NCBI GenBank assembly: GCA_019114945.1
Contig: DXEN01000007.1
Span: 1,386 to 65,385, forward strand
DNA from: Candidatus Parabacteroides intestinigallinarum
GTDB lineage: Bacteria > Bacteroidota > Bacteroidia > Bacteroidales > Tannerellaceae
Direction of reading: 5' to 3'
Length of the DNA: 64,000 nt
Shown one piece after another: positions 36,158-47,751 of the stretch. The notes beneath the pieces are model-generated. The model saw nothing but the letters and a program-made list of their open reading frames with translations. It did no database searches and was not told where the DNA came from. Position numbers and translations under genes: made by a program. Numbering within the stretch: the stretch's first letter is position 1; each line of letters begins with the position of its first letter.

Positions 36158-38050
36158 ATGGAAATATTGAAACATGAGTGCGGTGTTGCCATGGTCCGGC
36201 TCCTTAAGCCGTTGGAGCATTACCACGAGAAGTACGGAAGCTGGATGTATGGATTGAACAAACTCTATTTGCTGATGGAAAAGCAGCATAACCGGGGGCA
36301 AGAAGGGGCAGGCTTGGCTTGCGTGAAATTGGAGGCGAATGCCGGCGAGGAATACATGTTTCGCGAGCGGGCTTTGGGCGCTGGAGCTATTACGGAGATT
36401 TTCGCTAACGTCCATGCGCATTACAGGGATTTGGCACCCGAACAGTTGAACGATCCCTTCTTCGCTAAAGCCAATCTTCCTTTCGCCGGAGAACTTTATA
36501 TGGGGCATCTCCGTTACAGTACGACCGGGAAATCCGGTCTCTCTTATATCCATCCTTTTCTGCGCCGGAATAATTGGAGGGCCAAGAACCTTGCTCTCTG
36601 TGGTAATTTTAATTTGACAAATGTTCCTGAGATATTCGCCAATATTACGGCGATCGGGCAGCATCCTCGGAAATACGCTGATACCTATATATTATTGGAG
36701 CAATTGGGCCACCGCTTGGACCGGGAGGTGGAGCGCCTGTACCTCGCTTGCGAGGCGGAGGGGCTGAAAGGCATGGACATCACACGGGCTATCGAGGATC
36801 GGATCGATCTCTCGAACGTATTGAGACGGTGCGCGCCCGGTTGGGACGGCGGCTACGTGATCTGTGGTATTACGGGAAGTGGCGAGTCGTTCAGCCTGCG
36901 GGATCCGTGGGGGATCCGTCCTGCGTTTTATTATGCCGACGACGAGGTGGTCGTGTTGGCTTCCGAGCGCCCGGTGATCCAGACCGTGATGAATGTCCAT
37001 GTGGAGGATATCCGGGAACTGGGACGGGGCGAGGCGCTCTTTATTAACAAGAAAGGCGAATGGCGCACCTGCCAGATCGTGGAACCGAAAGCGAACAAGG
37101 CCTGCTCGTTTGAGCGGATTTATTTCTCCCGGGGCAGCGATGTGGATATCTACCAGGAACGGAAGCGCTTGGGGAAAAACTTGGTGCCCGCGATTCTCAA
37201 GGCGGTCGATTACGATTTGAATCATACGGTCTTCTCTTTCATCCCCAATACCGCCGAGGTGGCTTACTTTGGGATGCAAGAGGGGCTGGAGACGTACTTA
37301 AATAAATTGAAGAGAGATTGGATCGCCGACCGTAGTCATTTGTTGCACGAGGGCGAGCTGGAGCAAATCCTTTCCATGCGGGTCCGTTGCGAGAAAGTAG
37401 CTATCAAGGACATCAAGCTCCGTACTTTCATCGCCGAGGGCAATAGCCGTAACGACTTAGCGGCCCATGTCTATGATATTACTTACGGTAGCCTGGTCCC
37501 CTTCGAGGATAATTTGGTGATCATTGATGATAGCATCGTCCGGGGAACGACCCTCCGGCAGAGCATTATCGGTATCCTCGACCGCTTGCGCCCGCGGAAG
37601 ATCGTGATTGTCTCCTCTTCCCCGCAGGTACGCTATCCGGATTACTATGGCATCGACATGGCTCGCATGGACGAGTTCATCGCCTTCAAGGCGGCGGTGG
37701 CCTTGCTGAAGGAACGTGGAATGACATCCGTCCTGACCGAGGCTTACCAAAAGGCGAAAGCGCAAGAGGCGGCTCCGAGCGAGGAATTGGTGAATCACGT
37801 CAAGGCGATCTACGCTCCCTTCACGGACGAGGAGATCTCCCGCAAGATGGTGGAACTATTGACCCCTAAAGGTGTCCAAGCGGAAGTGGAGATCGTCTAC
37901 CAGACATTGGGAGGCTTACACGAGTCGTGCCCCAATCATCCGGGCGACTGGTATTTCTCGGGCGACTATCCGACGCGAGGCGGCGTTCGGTTGGTCAATC
38001 GGGCATTCATTGATTATATGGAACAAGAAGAAACAGAATATATACAATGA
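36158..38050 (+). CDS. purF: Amidophosphoribosyltransferase, Bacteroidetes long form
   Basis: HECG N-terminus, QHNRGQEGAG, HLRYST, CSFERIYFSR and PRTase motif DDSIVRGTT. Confidence 0.9.
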   Translation: MEILKHECGVAMVRLLKPLEHYHEKYGSWMYGLNKLYLLMEKQHNRGQEGAGLACVKLEANAGEEYMFRERALGAGAITEIFANVHAHYRDLAPEQLNDPFFAKANLPFAGELYMGHLRYSTTGKSGLSYIHPFLRRNNWRAKNLALCGNFNLTNVPEIFANITAIGQHPRKYADTYILLEQLGHRLDREVERLYLACEAEGLKGMDITRAIEDRIDLSNVLRRCAPGWDGGYVICGITGSGESFSLRDPWGIRPAFYYADDEVVVLASERPVIQTVMNVHVEDIRELGRGEALFINKKGEWRTCQIVEPKANKACSFERIYFSRGSDVDIYQERKRLGKNLVPAILKAVDYDLNHTVFSFIPNTAEVAYFGMQEGLETYLNKLKRDWIADRSHLLHEGELEQILSMRVRCEKVAIKDIKLRTFIAEGNSRNDLAAHVYDITYGSLVPFEDNLVIIDDSIVRGTTLRQSIIGILDRLRPRKIVIVSSSPQVRYPDYYGIDMARMDEFIAFKAAVALLKERGMTSVLTEAYQKAKAQEAAPSEELVNHVKAIYAPFTDEEISRKMVELLTPKGVQAEVEIVYQTLGGLHESCPNHPGDWYFSGDYPTRGGVRLVNRAFIDYMEQEETEYIQ

Positions 38051-39213
38051 TAAAAGATATGCGAAATAGAAAAAAAGCGATACTGATCTTGGAGGACGGG
38101 AGCCAATTCGAGGGCTGGTCCTTCGGGGCGGAGAAGGAGGTGGCCGGCGAGGTCGTATTCAACACCGCCATGACAGGCTATCCCGAGAGCTTGACAGATC
38201 CTTCTTATGCGGGGCAATTGATGGTCCTGACCTATCCTTTGGTCGGGAACTATGGCGTACCGCCTTTCACCATCATGGACAACGGTCTTCCCGTTTATAT
38301 GGAAAGCGAGAAGATCCATGTGGAAGCGATGATCGTGAGCGACTATAGCGAGGAATATAGCCATTGGAACGCTTGTGAGAGCTTGGAGTCATGGCTCGTC
38401 CGCGAGGGAATCCCCGGTGTTACGGGTATCGATACCCGTGCCTTGACGAAGAAGATTCGCGAGCGGGGTGTCATGATGGGGCGCGTCGTGTTCGAGGGAG
38501 TGGATAAAGGACAATGGGAAATGGAAAATTATGGGGATATTAATTATGTCGATCGGGTGTCTTGTAAAGAGATCATCATTTATGAGAACAATGCGAGCCG
38601 TTCTTTCCCCGTAGATACTCCCGTGGATGAAATCAATTGTCAATTGTCAATTGATAATTGTCAATCGAGAAAGCGTGTCGTTTTGCTGGATTGCGGGGTC
38701 AAGGCGAATATTATCCGTAGTCTTTTGAATCGGAATCTGACGGTGGTTCGTGTGCCTTGGAACTACGATTTCAATGGCTTGGACTACGATGGCCTTTTCC
38801 TGAGCAACGGTCCGGGCGACCCCGATACTTGCGAGGCGGCGGTGCGGAACATCCGCGAGGCGCTTCAGGGAGACAGACCTATCTGCGGTATCTGCATGGG
38901 CAACCAACTTTTGGCCAAGGCGGGAGGCGCGACAATCTATAAACTGAAGTATGGTCATCGCAGCCATAATCAACCGGTACGCATGGTCGGTACGGAGCGT
39001 TGTTTCATCACTTCGCAAAACCATGGTTACGCGGTCGACGAGAAGACATTGGGCGCTGACTGGGAGCCTCTGTTCGTGAACATGAACGACGGGACAAACG
39101 AGGGGATCCGTCATCGGACGAAACCCTTCTTCTCCTCGCAGTTCCACCCCGAGGCATGCGGCGGCCCGCTGGATACGGATTTCATCTTTGATAAGTTCAC
39201 CGCCCTGCTGTGA
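38047..39213 (+). CDS. carA: Carbamoyl-phosphate synthase small subunit
   Basis: GEVVFNTAMTGY.E.LTDPSY, SNGPGDP, GICMGNQ and QFHPE. Confidence 0.96.
   Translation: MIKDMRNRKKAILILEDGSQFEGWSFGAEKEVAGEVVFNTAMTGYPESLTDPSYAGQLMVLTYPLVGNYGVPPFTIMDNGLPVYMESEKIHVEAMIVSDYSEEYSHWNACESLESWLVREGIPGVTGIDTRALTKKIRERGVMMGRVVFEGVDKGQWEMENYGDINYVDRVSCKEIIIYENNASRSFPVDTPVDEINCQLSIDNCQSRKRVVLLDCGVKANIIRSLLNRNLTVVRVPWNYDFNGLDYDGLFLSNGPGDPDTCEAAVRNIREALQGDRPICGICMGNQLLAKAGGATIYKLKYGHRSHNQPVRMVGTERCFITSQNHGYAVDEKTLGADWEPLFVNMNDGTNEGIRHRTKPFFSSQFHPEACGGPLDTDFIFDKFTALL
38633..38667. repeat. Five TCAATTG-type heptamers inside carA, read in frame
   Basis: tcaattg tcaattg tcaattg ataattg tcaatcg, encoding ...INCQLSIDNCQS... 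Confidence 0.85.
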
Positions 39214-39276
39214 TCCCTTTGCGCCGCTTTGCGGCGGGTATGAATCATGAAACAAGAATAAAGCATTTCGAAGGAT

Positions 39277-42200
39277 ATGATAGAAGAGATAAAGAAAGTC
39301 CTGATTCTTGGATCAGGTGCGTTGAAGATCGGCGAGGCGGGCGAGTTCGACTACTCTGGCTCCCAAGCCTTGAAGGCGATTAAGGAAGAGGGGATAGAGA
39401 CGGTATTGATTAATCCCAATATCGCCACGGTGCAAACCTCGGAGGGGGTGGCCGACCGGGTGTATTTCCTGCCTGTCACGCCTTTCTTCGTGGAAAAAGT
39501 GATTGCCAAGGAGCGACCCGATGGTATCTTGCTGGCGTTTGGCGGACAGACGGCCCTGAACTGTGGTGTGGTGCTCTATCAGAGTGGTGTGCTGGAGAAA
39601 TACAACGTCCGGGTACTGGGTACGCCCGTGCAGGCGATTATGGACACGGAAGATCGCGAGTTGTTCGTTCAGCGATTGGATGAGATTGGCGTGAAGACGA
39701 TCAAGAGCGAGGCGGTCGAGACTATCGAGGACGCCCGTCGGGCCGCCCGTGAGGTGGGCTACCCGGTAATTGTCCGTGCCGCCTATGCGTTGGGAGGTCT
39801 CGGCTCTGGCTTTTGCGACAACGAGGAGGAGCTGAACGTACTGGTCGAGAAAGCCTTCTCTTTCTCTCCGCAGGTATTGGTCGAGAAGAGCTTGAAGGGA
39901 TGGAAAGAGGTGGAATATGAAGTGGTGCGCGACCGTTTCGACAACTGCATCACGGTCTGCAACATGGAAAACTTCGACCCGCTGGGTATCCACACGGGCG
40001 AGTCAATCGTCATCGCCCCCTCGCAGACTTTGAGCAATACGGATTATCATAAGCTCCGCTCGCTGGCGATCCGTATTATCCGTCATATTGGTATCGTGGG
40101 GGAATGTAATGTACAATATGCGTACGACCCGGAGTCGGAGGATTACCGGGTGATTGAGGTGAACGCCCGCCTTTCCCGTTCGTCGGCGTTGGCCTCTAAG
40201 GCGACGGGCTATCCGCTGGCGTTTGTCGCCGCGAAGTTGGGGTTGGGATACGGATTGTTCGACCTGAAGAACTCCGTGACGAAGACCACGAGCGCCTTTT
40301 TCGAGCCGGCTCTTGATTACGTGGTCTGCAAGATTCCACGTTGGGACTTGGGTAAATTCCACGGCGTGGATCGGGAGTTAGGTAGCAGTATGAAGTCGGT
40401 GGGCGAGGTGATGGCCATCGGCCGCACGTTCGAGGAAGCGATCCAGAAAGGCTTGCGGATGATTGGGCAAGGCATGCATGGTTTTGTAGAGAATAAGGAG
40501 CTGGTGATTCCCGATATCGACAAAGCCCTCCATGAACCGACCGACCGACGTATCTTCGTTATCTCGAAAGCTTTCCGGGCGGGCTATACGGTCGACCAGA
40601 TTCATGAGTTGACCATGATCGACCGTTGGTTCCTCCAGAAACTCTACGGTATTATGCAGACCTCGAAAGAATTGCACGCTTACGACCTGAAGGGGGTGAA
40701 CCGCTGGCGTCTCGATCCTCAATTGATACGTTTGGCGAAGCGGCAAGGTTTCTCCGACTTCCAGATCGCCCGGGCCATCGGTCTCGACGACGACTTAGAG
40801 AAAGGTATGATGCTCGTCCGCCAATACCGCAAGGAGCATGACATTCTTCCGGTGGTGAAGCAAATCGATACATTGGCGGCGGAATATCCGGCGAAGACCA
40901 ATTATTTGTACTTGACTTATAATGGCACGGAGAACGATATCGATTACGAGCGCGACCATCGTTCGATTATTGTCCTCGGGTCGGGCGCTTACCGCATCGG
41001 CTCGTCGGTGGAGTTCGATTGGTGTGGCGTACAGGCATTAAATACGATTCGCAAGGAAGGTTGGCGTGGTGTCATGATTAATTATAACCCTGAGACCGTA
41101 TCGACTGATTACGATATGTGCGATCGGCTCTACTTCGACGAGTTGACCTTCGAGCGTGTCATGGATATCATCGACTTGGAGACACCACACGGTGTCATTG
41201 TCTCGACAGGCGGGCAGATTCCGAACAATTTGGCGATGCGCCTCGATGAGCAGCATGTAAATATCCTTGGAACTTCTGCCAAAAGTATCGACAACGCCGA
41301 GGATCGCGATAAGTTCTCCGCTATGCTCGACCGTATCGGCGTGGACCAACCCGAATGGAGCGCGCTGACCTCGATGGATGACATCAACGCTTTCGTCCGG
41401 AAGGTTGGATTCCCCGTTTTAGTGCGACCCAGTTATGTGTTAAGTGGCGCGGCGATGAACGTCTGCTCCAACCAAGAGGAGCTGGAGCGTTTCCTCAAAC
41501 TGGCGGCCAATGTCTCGCAAAAGCATCCTGTTGTCGTTAGCCAATTCATCGAGCATGCCAAGGAAGTGGAGATGGATGCCGTGGCCGATAAGGGCGAGAT
41601 TATCATGTACGCCATCAGCGAGCATATCGAGTTCGCCGGTGTGCACTCGGGCGACGCGACAATCCAGTTCCCTGCACAGAAGCTCTATGTCGAGACGGTT
41701 CGCCGCATCAAGCGCATCAGTAAGCAGATCGCCAAGGAGTTGAATATCTCCGGTCCGTTTAATATCCAATATTTGGCTAAAGGCAATGAGATCAAGGTGA
41801 TCGAATGCAATTTGCGCGCCTCGCGGAGTTTTCCCTTTGTCTCGAAGGTGCTTAAGATTAACTTTATCGAACTGGCGACTCGTGTCATGCTCGGTTTGCC
41901 TGTCGAGAAGCCTAACAAGAACGAGTTCGATTTGGACTATGTGGGTATCAAGGCATCGCAATTCTCCTTCAATCGTTTGCAAAAGGCCGATCCGGTCTTG
42001 GGGGTCGATATGGCCTCGACGGGCGAGGTAGGTTGCTTGGGGGATGATGTGTCGGAGGCAGTCCTGACCAGTATGCTCGCCGTAGGGCAACGGATTCCGG
42101 AGAAGAATATCCTTCTGTCAACCGGCACGCCTAAGCAGAAGGTGGCAATGCTCGACGCGGCAAAGCTTTTGGCGGATAAGGGGTATCGCTTGTTCGCCAC

Positions 42201-42504
42201 GGGCGGTACTTACCGCTTCTTGCAGGAGAACAATATCCCTTGCTCGTTGGTCTATTGGCCCAGCGAAGAGGGAAAGACTCCGCAAGCACTTTCGATGTTG
42301 CACGAACGAAAGATCGATTTGGTTGTCAATATCCCGCGCGACCTCTCGGCCGGTGAGTTGACCAATGGTTACAAGATCCGCCGGGCGGCGATCGACCTGA
42401 ATATTCCGCTGATCACGAATGCTCGTTTGGCGAGCGCGTTCATCAAGGCGTTCTGCACGATGAGCATGGATGATATTCACATCAAGAGTTGGCAAGAGTA
42501 TTAA
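39277..42504 (+). CDS. carB: Carbamoyl-phosphate synthase large subunit
   Basis: LGSGALKIGEAGEFDYSG, duplicated ATP-grasp domains and an MGS-like C-terminus. Confidence 0.97.
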   Translation: MIEEIKKVLILGSGALKIGEAGEFDYSGSQALKAIKEEGIETVLINPNIATVQTSEGVADRVYFLPVTPFFVEKVIAKERPDGILLAFGGQTALNCGVVLYQSGVLEKYNVRVLGTPVQAIMDTEDRELFVQRLDEIGVKTIKSEAVETIEDARRAAREVGYPVIVRAAYALGGLGSGFCDNEEELNVLVEKAFSFSPQVLVEKSLKGWKEVEYEVVRDRFDNCITVCNMENFDPLGIHTGESIVIAPSQTLSNTDYHKLRSLAIRIIRHIGIVGECNVQYAYDPESEDYRVIEVNARLSRSSALASKATGYPLAFVAAKLGLGYGLFDLKNSVTKTTSAFFEPALDYVVCKIPRWDLGKFHGVDRELGSSMKSVGEVMAIGRTFEEAIQKGLRMIGQGMHGFVENKELVIPDIDKALHEPTDRRIFVISKAFRAGYTVDQIHELTMIDRWFLQKLYGIMQTSKELHAYDLKGVNRWRLDPQLIRLAKRQGFSDFQIARAIGLDDDLEKGMMLVRQYRKEHDILPVVKQIDTLAAEYPAKTNYLYLTYNGTENDIDYERDHRSIIVLGSGAYRIGSSVEFDWCGVQALNTIRKEGWRGVMINYNPETVSTDYDMCDRLYFDELTFERVMDIIDLETPHGVIVSTGGQIPNNLAMRLDEQHVNILGTSAKSIDNAEDRDKFSAMLDRIGVDQPEWSALTSMDDINAFVRKVGFPVLVRPSYVLSGAAMNVCSNQEELERFLKLAANVSQKHPVVVSQFIEHAKEVEMDAVADKGEIIMYAISEHIEFAGVHSGDATIQFPAQKLYVETVRRIKRISKQIAKELNISGPFNIQYLAKGNEIKVIECNLRASRSFPFVSKVLKINFIELATRVMLGLPVEKPNKNEFDLDYVGIKASQFSFNRLQKADPVLGVDMASTGEVGCLGDDVSEAVLTSMLAVGQRIPEKNILLSTGTPKQKVAMLDAAKLLADKGYRLFATGGTYRFLQENNIPCSLVYWPSEEGKTPQALSMLHERKIDLVVNIPRDLSAGELTNGYKIRRAAIDLNIPLITNARLASAFIKAFCTMSMDDIHIKSWQEY

Positions 42505-42524
42505 TTGGGAAAAGAGTGGAGCCT

Positions 42525-43106
42525 ATGGACACGACGATATATGTGGCGCGGCGCATCGCGGCGCAAGCGGAGATGGACGATGAGGGGCTTATCGATCGAT
42601 TGGCCTCCATCTTGGTTCGCACGGAGTTGCGGAAAGGAGCTATGTTTTTGGAAGAGGGACAGGTCTGTACGCAACTGGGATATGTGTATCGGGGCATGGT
42701 CCGTCAGTTTTATTATAAGAATAAACGGGACTTGACCGAGCATTTCGCTTGCGAGGACGCCGTATTTATTTGTATTGAGAGTTTCTTGCGCCAGCAGCCT
42801 ACCCGGTTGATGGTAGAGGTGCTGGAGAATACGGTTATTTATGGAATTCCGCATGATCCCCTGTTGGCGCTTTGCGCGGAGGATTATGATATGGAGGTCT
42901 TATATCGGCGTTTGCTGGAGAATTCCTTGATTTTGTCGCAACACAAGGCTGATTTCTTCCGGTTCGAGACCGCCAACGAGCGTTATGCCCGCTTGTTGCG
43001 TGAGCAGCCCGAGATCGTACGTCGGGCGCCATTGTCGCATATAGCCTCGTACCTGCTGATGACCCCGGAGACGCTGAGCCGTGTCCGGGCGAATGTACAG
43101 TTGTAA
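42525..43106 (+). CDS. Crp/Fnr-family cNMP-binding regulator
   Basis: cNMP beta-roll (G.VRQFY.K) and C-terminal IASYL.MTPETLSRVR HTH. Confidence 0.85.
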   Translation: MDTTIYVARRIAAQAEMDDEGLIDRLASILVRTELRKGAMFLEEGQVCTQLGYVYRGMVRQFYYKNKRDLTEHFACEDAVFICIESFLRQQPTRLMVEVLENTVIYGIPHDPLLALCAEDYDMEVLYRRLLENSLILSQHKADFFRFETANERYARLLREQPEIVRRAPLSHIASYLLMTPETLSRVRANVQL

Positions 43107-43122
43107 GAGGAGAGAAGAATAA

Positions 43123-43163
43123 AAGAGGAGGTGTGCCAATACGATTCTGACACACCTCCTCTT
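43123..43163. terminator. Bidirectional hairpin of the GAGG.TGTGCC family
   Basis: aagaggaggtgtgcc pairs with gacacacctcctctt, between convergent genes. Confidence 0.75.
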
Positions 43164-43189
43164 ATTTATTCAGTACGAAACGGTAATCG

Positions 43190-45097
43190 TTATCTTCTGT
43201 TCCGGTGTCGTGCCTCTTGTTGCTTCTTCAATTGCTCCTCTTGCATCCGTTGCGCCTCCTCCAAGCGTTTCATAAGACCGGATTTTTTCATCGGCTTACG
43301 CTTGTTGGCTTCCAACTTCGCCAAAAGCTTCTCTTCGTTGATCGTGAAGCGGAAGATCAAGGTCTGCACGATCGATATCAACATGGAGATGAAGTAGTAG
43401 TAGGTCAGACCGGAAGCGTATTGGTTGAAGAATACCAAGAACATCAAAGGCATCAGATACATCATCAGCTTCATACCCGGCATTTGCTGTTGTCCGGTAT
43501 TTGTCATATCCATGTTGTACTTGGTATAGATGATATTCGTGATAGTCATCAATAAACAGAACAAACTGATATGATTACCGAAGTAGGGGGTGATGATCGG
43601 GATATAGGTCTCCCAGCTTACGATCGCGTCGTACGTCGATAAGTCGTTTGCCCAAAGGAAACTCTCGTGGCGCAACTCGATGGCCGACGGGAAGAACATG
43701 AACAACGCGATCAGGATCGGCATCTGCAACAGCAAGGGCAAGCAACCGCTCAACGGGCTGGCTCCCGCGCGGCTGTATAGCTCCATCGTCGCTTTCTGCC
43801 GTTCCAAGGCCTGGTCTTGTCCCGGATACTTGGCGTTGATTTCTTCTACTTGCGGACGCAATACGCGCATCTTTGCCGACGATATATACGATTTATAAGT
43901 CAGCGGATAGAGGATGAGCTTCACGATCACGGTCAGCAAGAAAATCAGTAAACCATAGTTGGGGATGAACTTGCCTAAGAAATCGAACAGGGGAATCACG
44001 AAATATTGGTTCACCCAGCGGAAGATTCCCCATCCTAACGGTACCAGTTTCTCCAGATCCAACTGAAGGTCGGAGTCCACGCCCTTATCAAACGATTTTA
44101 GCAAAGCGAACTTATTGGGACCGAAGTAATACGAGAGTTCCGTCGGTTTCTCGCCTCGTAGGTCGAACGCTACGGAGGTGTTGGTCTTGAATTGTTTCAG
44201 TACCTCACCTGCGGCATACGATTTCGAGTCCAATGTCGTTGCCTCGAATCCCTCTTCCGAGATCAATACGGTAGAGAAGAACATATCCTTGTAACCAATC
44301 CAGCGTAGGCGGTTGGATATTTTCTCGCTGTCGCTCTTGGTCTCGCTCAGGTGCTCCACGTCGTCCGCCATGTATTTGTAGCTTAGGTTCACGTAGCGAT
44401 CCTCGAACATACGTCCCTTCTCTTGCTGGTGGATGTCTTGCGTCCATGCGATGTCCAAAGCGTTCGTACTCGGGGTGAGCAAGCCGTTCAGTCCCGTGCC
44501 TTGGATGCGATATCCTACTCGGTACGAGCCGGGTTCCAGCGTATAGGTGAAATCCAAATGCCGGCCGTTCTCCACTTGCAGACGCATGATGAGTTGGTTG
44601 GGATCATCCCCTTTGACTGGCGTGAAATAAAGCTCATCGGTACTTAATACTTGGCTCGCCGCCGTCACCAGGTTGAAGGTGAGGCTGGACGAGTTCTCGT
44701 CGAACAGCACGAGTGGCTCGCCTTTGTAGTTGTCGAACTCTTTCAGGCGGGCGTAGCAGATGCGTCCCCCCTTGTTGCTCACGCGTAACTCAAGCACGTC
44801 GTTTTGTAAGGTGGTGTAGGTTTCCGTACCGGTCATGACGTTCGCGAAGACTCCGAAATCCTGTCGCAGGAGCGAAGCCCGTACGGAGTCCGGAAGGTTC
44901 TCCAACGAGTCTTTCACGAACGCCTCCCGTTGCGCCTCTCTCACCAAATCCATTTGTTGGGCGTACTCGATCTTCGCGATCGAGTCCTGATAATGGCGTT
45001 GTGCCTCTATTTGTTCCGGCGTCGGTCGGTTGAACCAACTGAACGCCACTAACACGACTCCTATTAGCAGAAACCCGATTAACGTATTCTTATCCAT
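43190..45097 (-). CDS. yidC: Membrane protein insertase
   Basis: Periplasmic domain, NYGL.I.LLT..VK..L.PL and GCLPLLLQMPIL.A. Confidence 0.95.
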   Translation of the reverse strand: MDKNTLIGFLLIGVVLVAFSWFNRPTPEQIEAQRHYQDSIAKIEYAQQMDLVREAQREAFVKDSLENLPDSVRASLLRQDFGVFANVMTGTETYTTLQNDVLELRVSNKGGRICYARLKEFDNYKGEPLVLFDENSSSLTFNLVTAASQVLSTDELYFTPVKGDDPNQLIMRLQVENGRHLDFTYTLEPGSYRVGYRIQGTGLNGLLTPSTNALDIAWTQDIHQQEKGRMFEDRYVNLSYKYMADDVEHLSETKSDSEKISNRLRWIGYKDMFFSTVLISEEGFEATTLDSKSYAAGEVLKQFKTNTSVAFDLRGEKPTELSYYFGPNKFALLKSFDKGVDSDLQLDLEKLVPLGWGIFRWVNQYFVIPLFDFLGKFIPNYGLLIFLLTVIVKLILYPLTYKSYISSAKMRVLRPQVEEINAKYPGQDQALERQKATMELYSRAGASPLSGCLPLLLQMPILIALFMFFPSAIELRHESFLWANDLSTYDAIVSWETYIPIITPYFGNHISLFCLLMTITNIIYTKYNMDMTNTGQQQMPGMKLMMYLMPLMFLVFFNQYASGLTYYYFISMLISIVQTLIFRFTINEEKLLAKLEANKRKPMKKSGLMKRLEEAQRMQEEQLKKQQEARHRNRR

Positions 45098-45106
45098 GTA
45101 TGCTCT

Positions 45107-46726
<1,620 letters not shown>

Positions 46727-46869
46727 TTAGTATCTAATCTTAAATTACACATCTGTGTCTTAAAGTCGCGAAGGTAACGAATTTCGTCGATACGGCGCTC
46801 ATGGTCGCGCAAAATAAATGTTTTCTCTGGGGAGGATTCATCGATGCCGAGAATATAAGTGTTGAAAAA

Positions 46870-46901
46870 TTTGGCGTGTCAAAATTTTCTTCGTATGTTT
46901 G
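46870..46901 (+). promoter_or_regulatory. Canonical sigmaA promoter of the polysaccharide locus
   Basis: TTTG (46870-46873), a 20-nt spacer, then TATGTTTG (46894-46901). Confidence 0.8.
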
Positions 46902-47071
46902 CGACCTGAACAGAAAGTCCGCTTAACCGTACGGCTCTCTATCGAGCGGTTATTCCGGGCTGTGGGGAAGGATATGAAAGAATCATTGTTCGACTTCGCA
47001 ATCTGTTGTTTATCAGGCTTCTATGGGCAATCTCGCTAAGATTGACTCGTAGGAATGATGTGTTTAGCCCG

Positions 47072-47632
47072 ATGGAAAAAGCGACGAGACCCCAATTCTG
47101 GATCGCGGCTCGTACGATAGCGAAAGGTGAGTTAAGCCTTCGTAGTTATTTTGAGGAAAACGCGATCGAGTGCTTTGTCCCTACCCGGAGAGTTTTATTG
47201 AAGCGAAAAGGCGAGATGGTGGAACAAGAGGTTCCTATCATCCATAACCTTTTGTTCTTCAAGGCGGATTTCTCGTTGGCGCATAGTTTGTTTAACCAAA
47301 ACTCCCGTCGTCTGTTCCGTATTCGTGGCGAGAATGGGATGCTGACTATTCCGGATCGGCAGATGGAACCTTTTGTTCGTTTCGTGAACGAGCATTACGG
47401 GAAAGTCCAGATATTGGATACGAATTATGTGATTGGAGACTTGATGATGATCAAGAAGGGTCCTTTCGCGGGCTGGATCGGCAAGGTGATCCAGATCGAT
47501 AATAAGAATTTTTTTACCGTTAGCCTCGAGGGTCTGTTGGTCGCCGCCGTGCGATTTCCTAAGAGTAATTTGATGAAAGTGGACGAGGCTCAAATGGATA
47601 AGAATATACTTCCCAAGGAATATCATTTCTAA
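47072..47632 (+). CDS. upxY: UpxY-family (NusG paralogue) antiterminator
   Basis: NGN domain (W.AART...FVPT...P.I.NLLF) and KOW (GPFAG.IG). First gene of the locus; no upxZ follows. Confidence 0.85.
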   Translation: MEKATRPQFWIAARTIAKGELSLRSYFEENAIECFVPTRRVLLKRKGEMVEQEVPIIHNLLFFKADFSLAHSLFNQNSRRLFRIRGENGMLTIPDRQMEPFVRFVNEHYGKVQILDTNYVIGDLMMIKKGPFAGWIGKVIQIDNKNFFTVSLEGLLVAAVRFPKSNLMKVDEAQMDKNILPKEYHF

Positions 47633-47665
47633 TTTTAGTTGACTCAATAGGGGGAACACAAGAAG

Positions 47666-47706
47666 GAAGGGGTGTCGTGCTTCTCACGATGTGACACAGC
47701 CTTTTC
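47666..47706 (+). terminator. Hairpin between upxY and the first biosynthetic gene
   Basis: ggaaggggtgtcg pairs imperfectly with tgacacagccttttcc. Confidence 0.55.
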
Positions 47707-47751
47707 CGTAACTCGTTCCCTCGTGGTTGGTTATTAATTCACAATTCTAAA

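Noticed and set aside
46780-47071. Invertible capsule promoter
   Set aside because: No flanking inverted-repeat pair and no Mpi-type or AGTYYYN4GDACT site was seen around the promoter.
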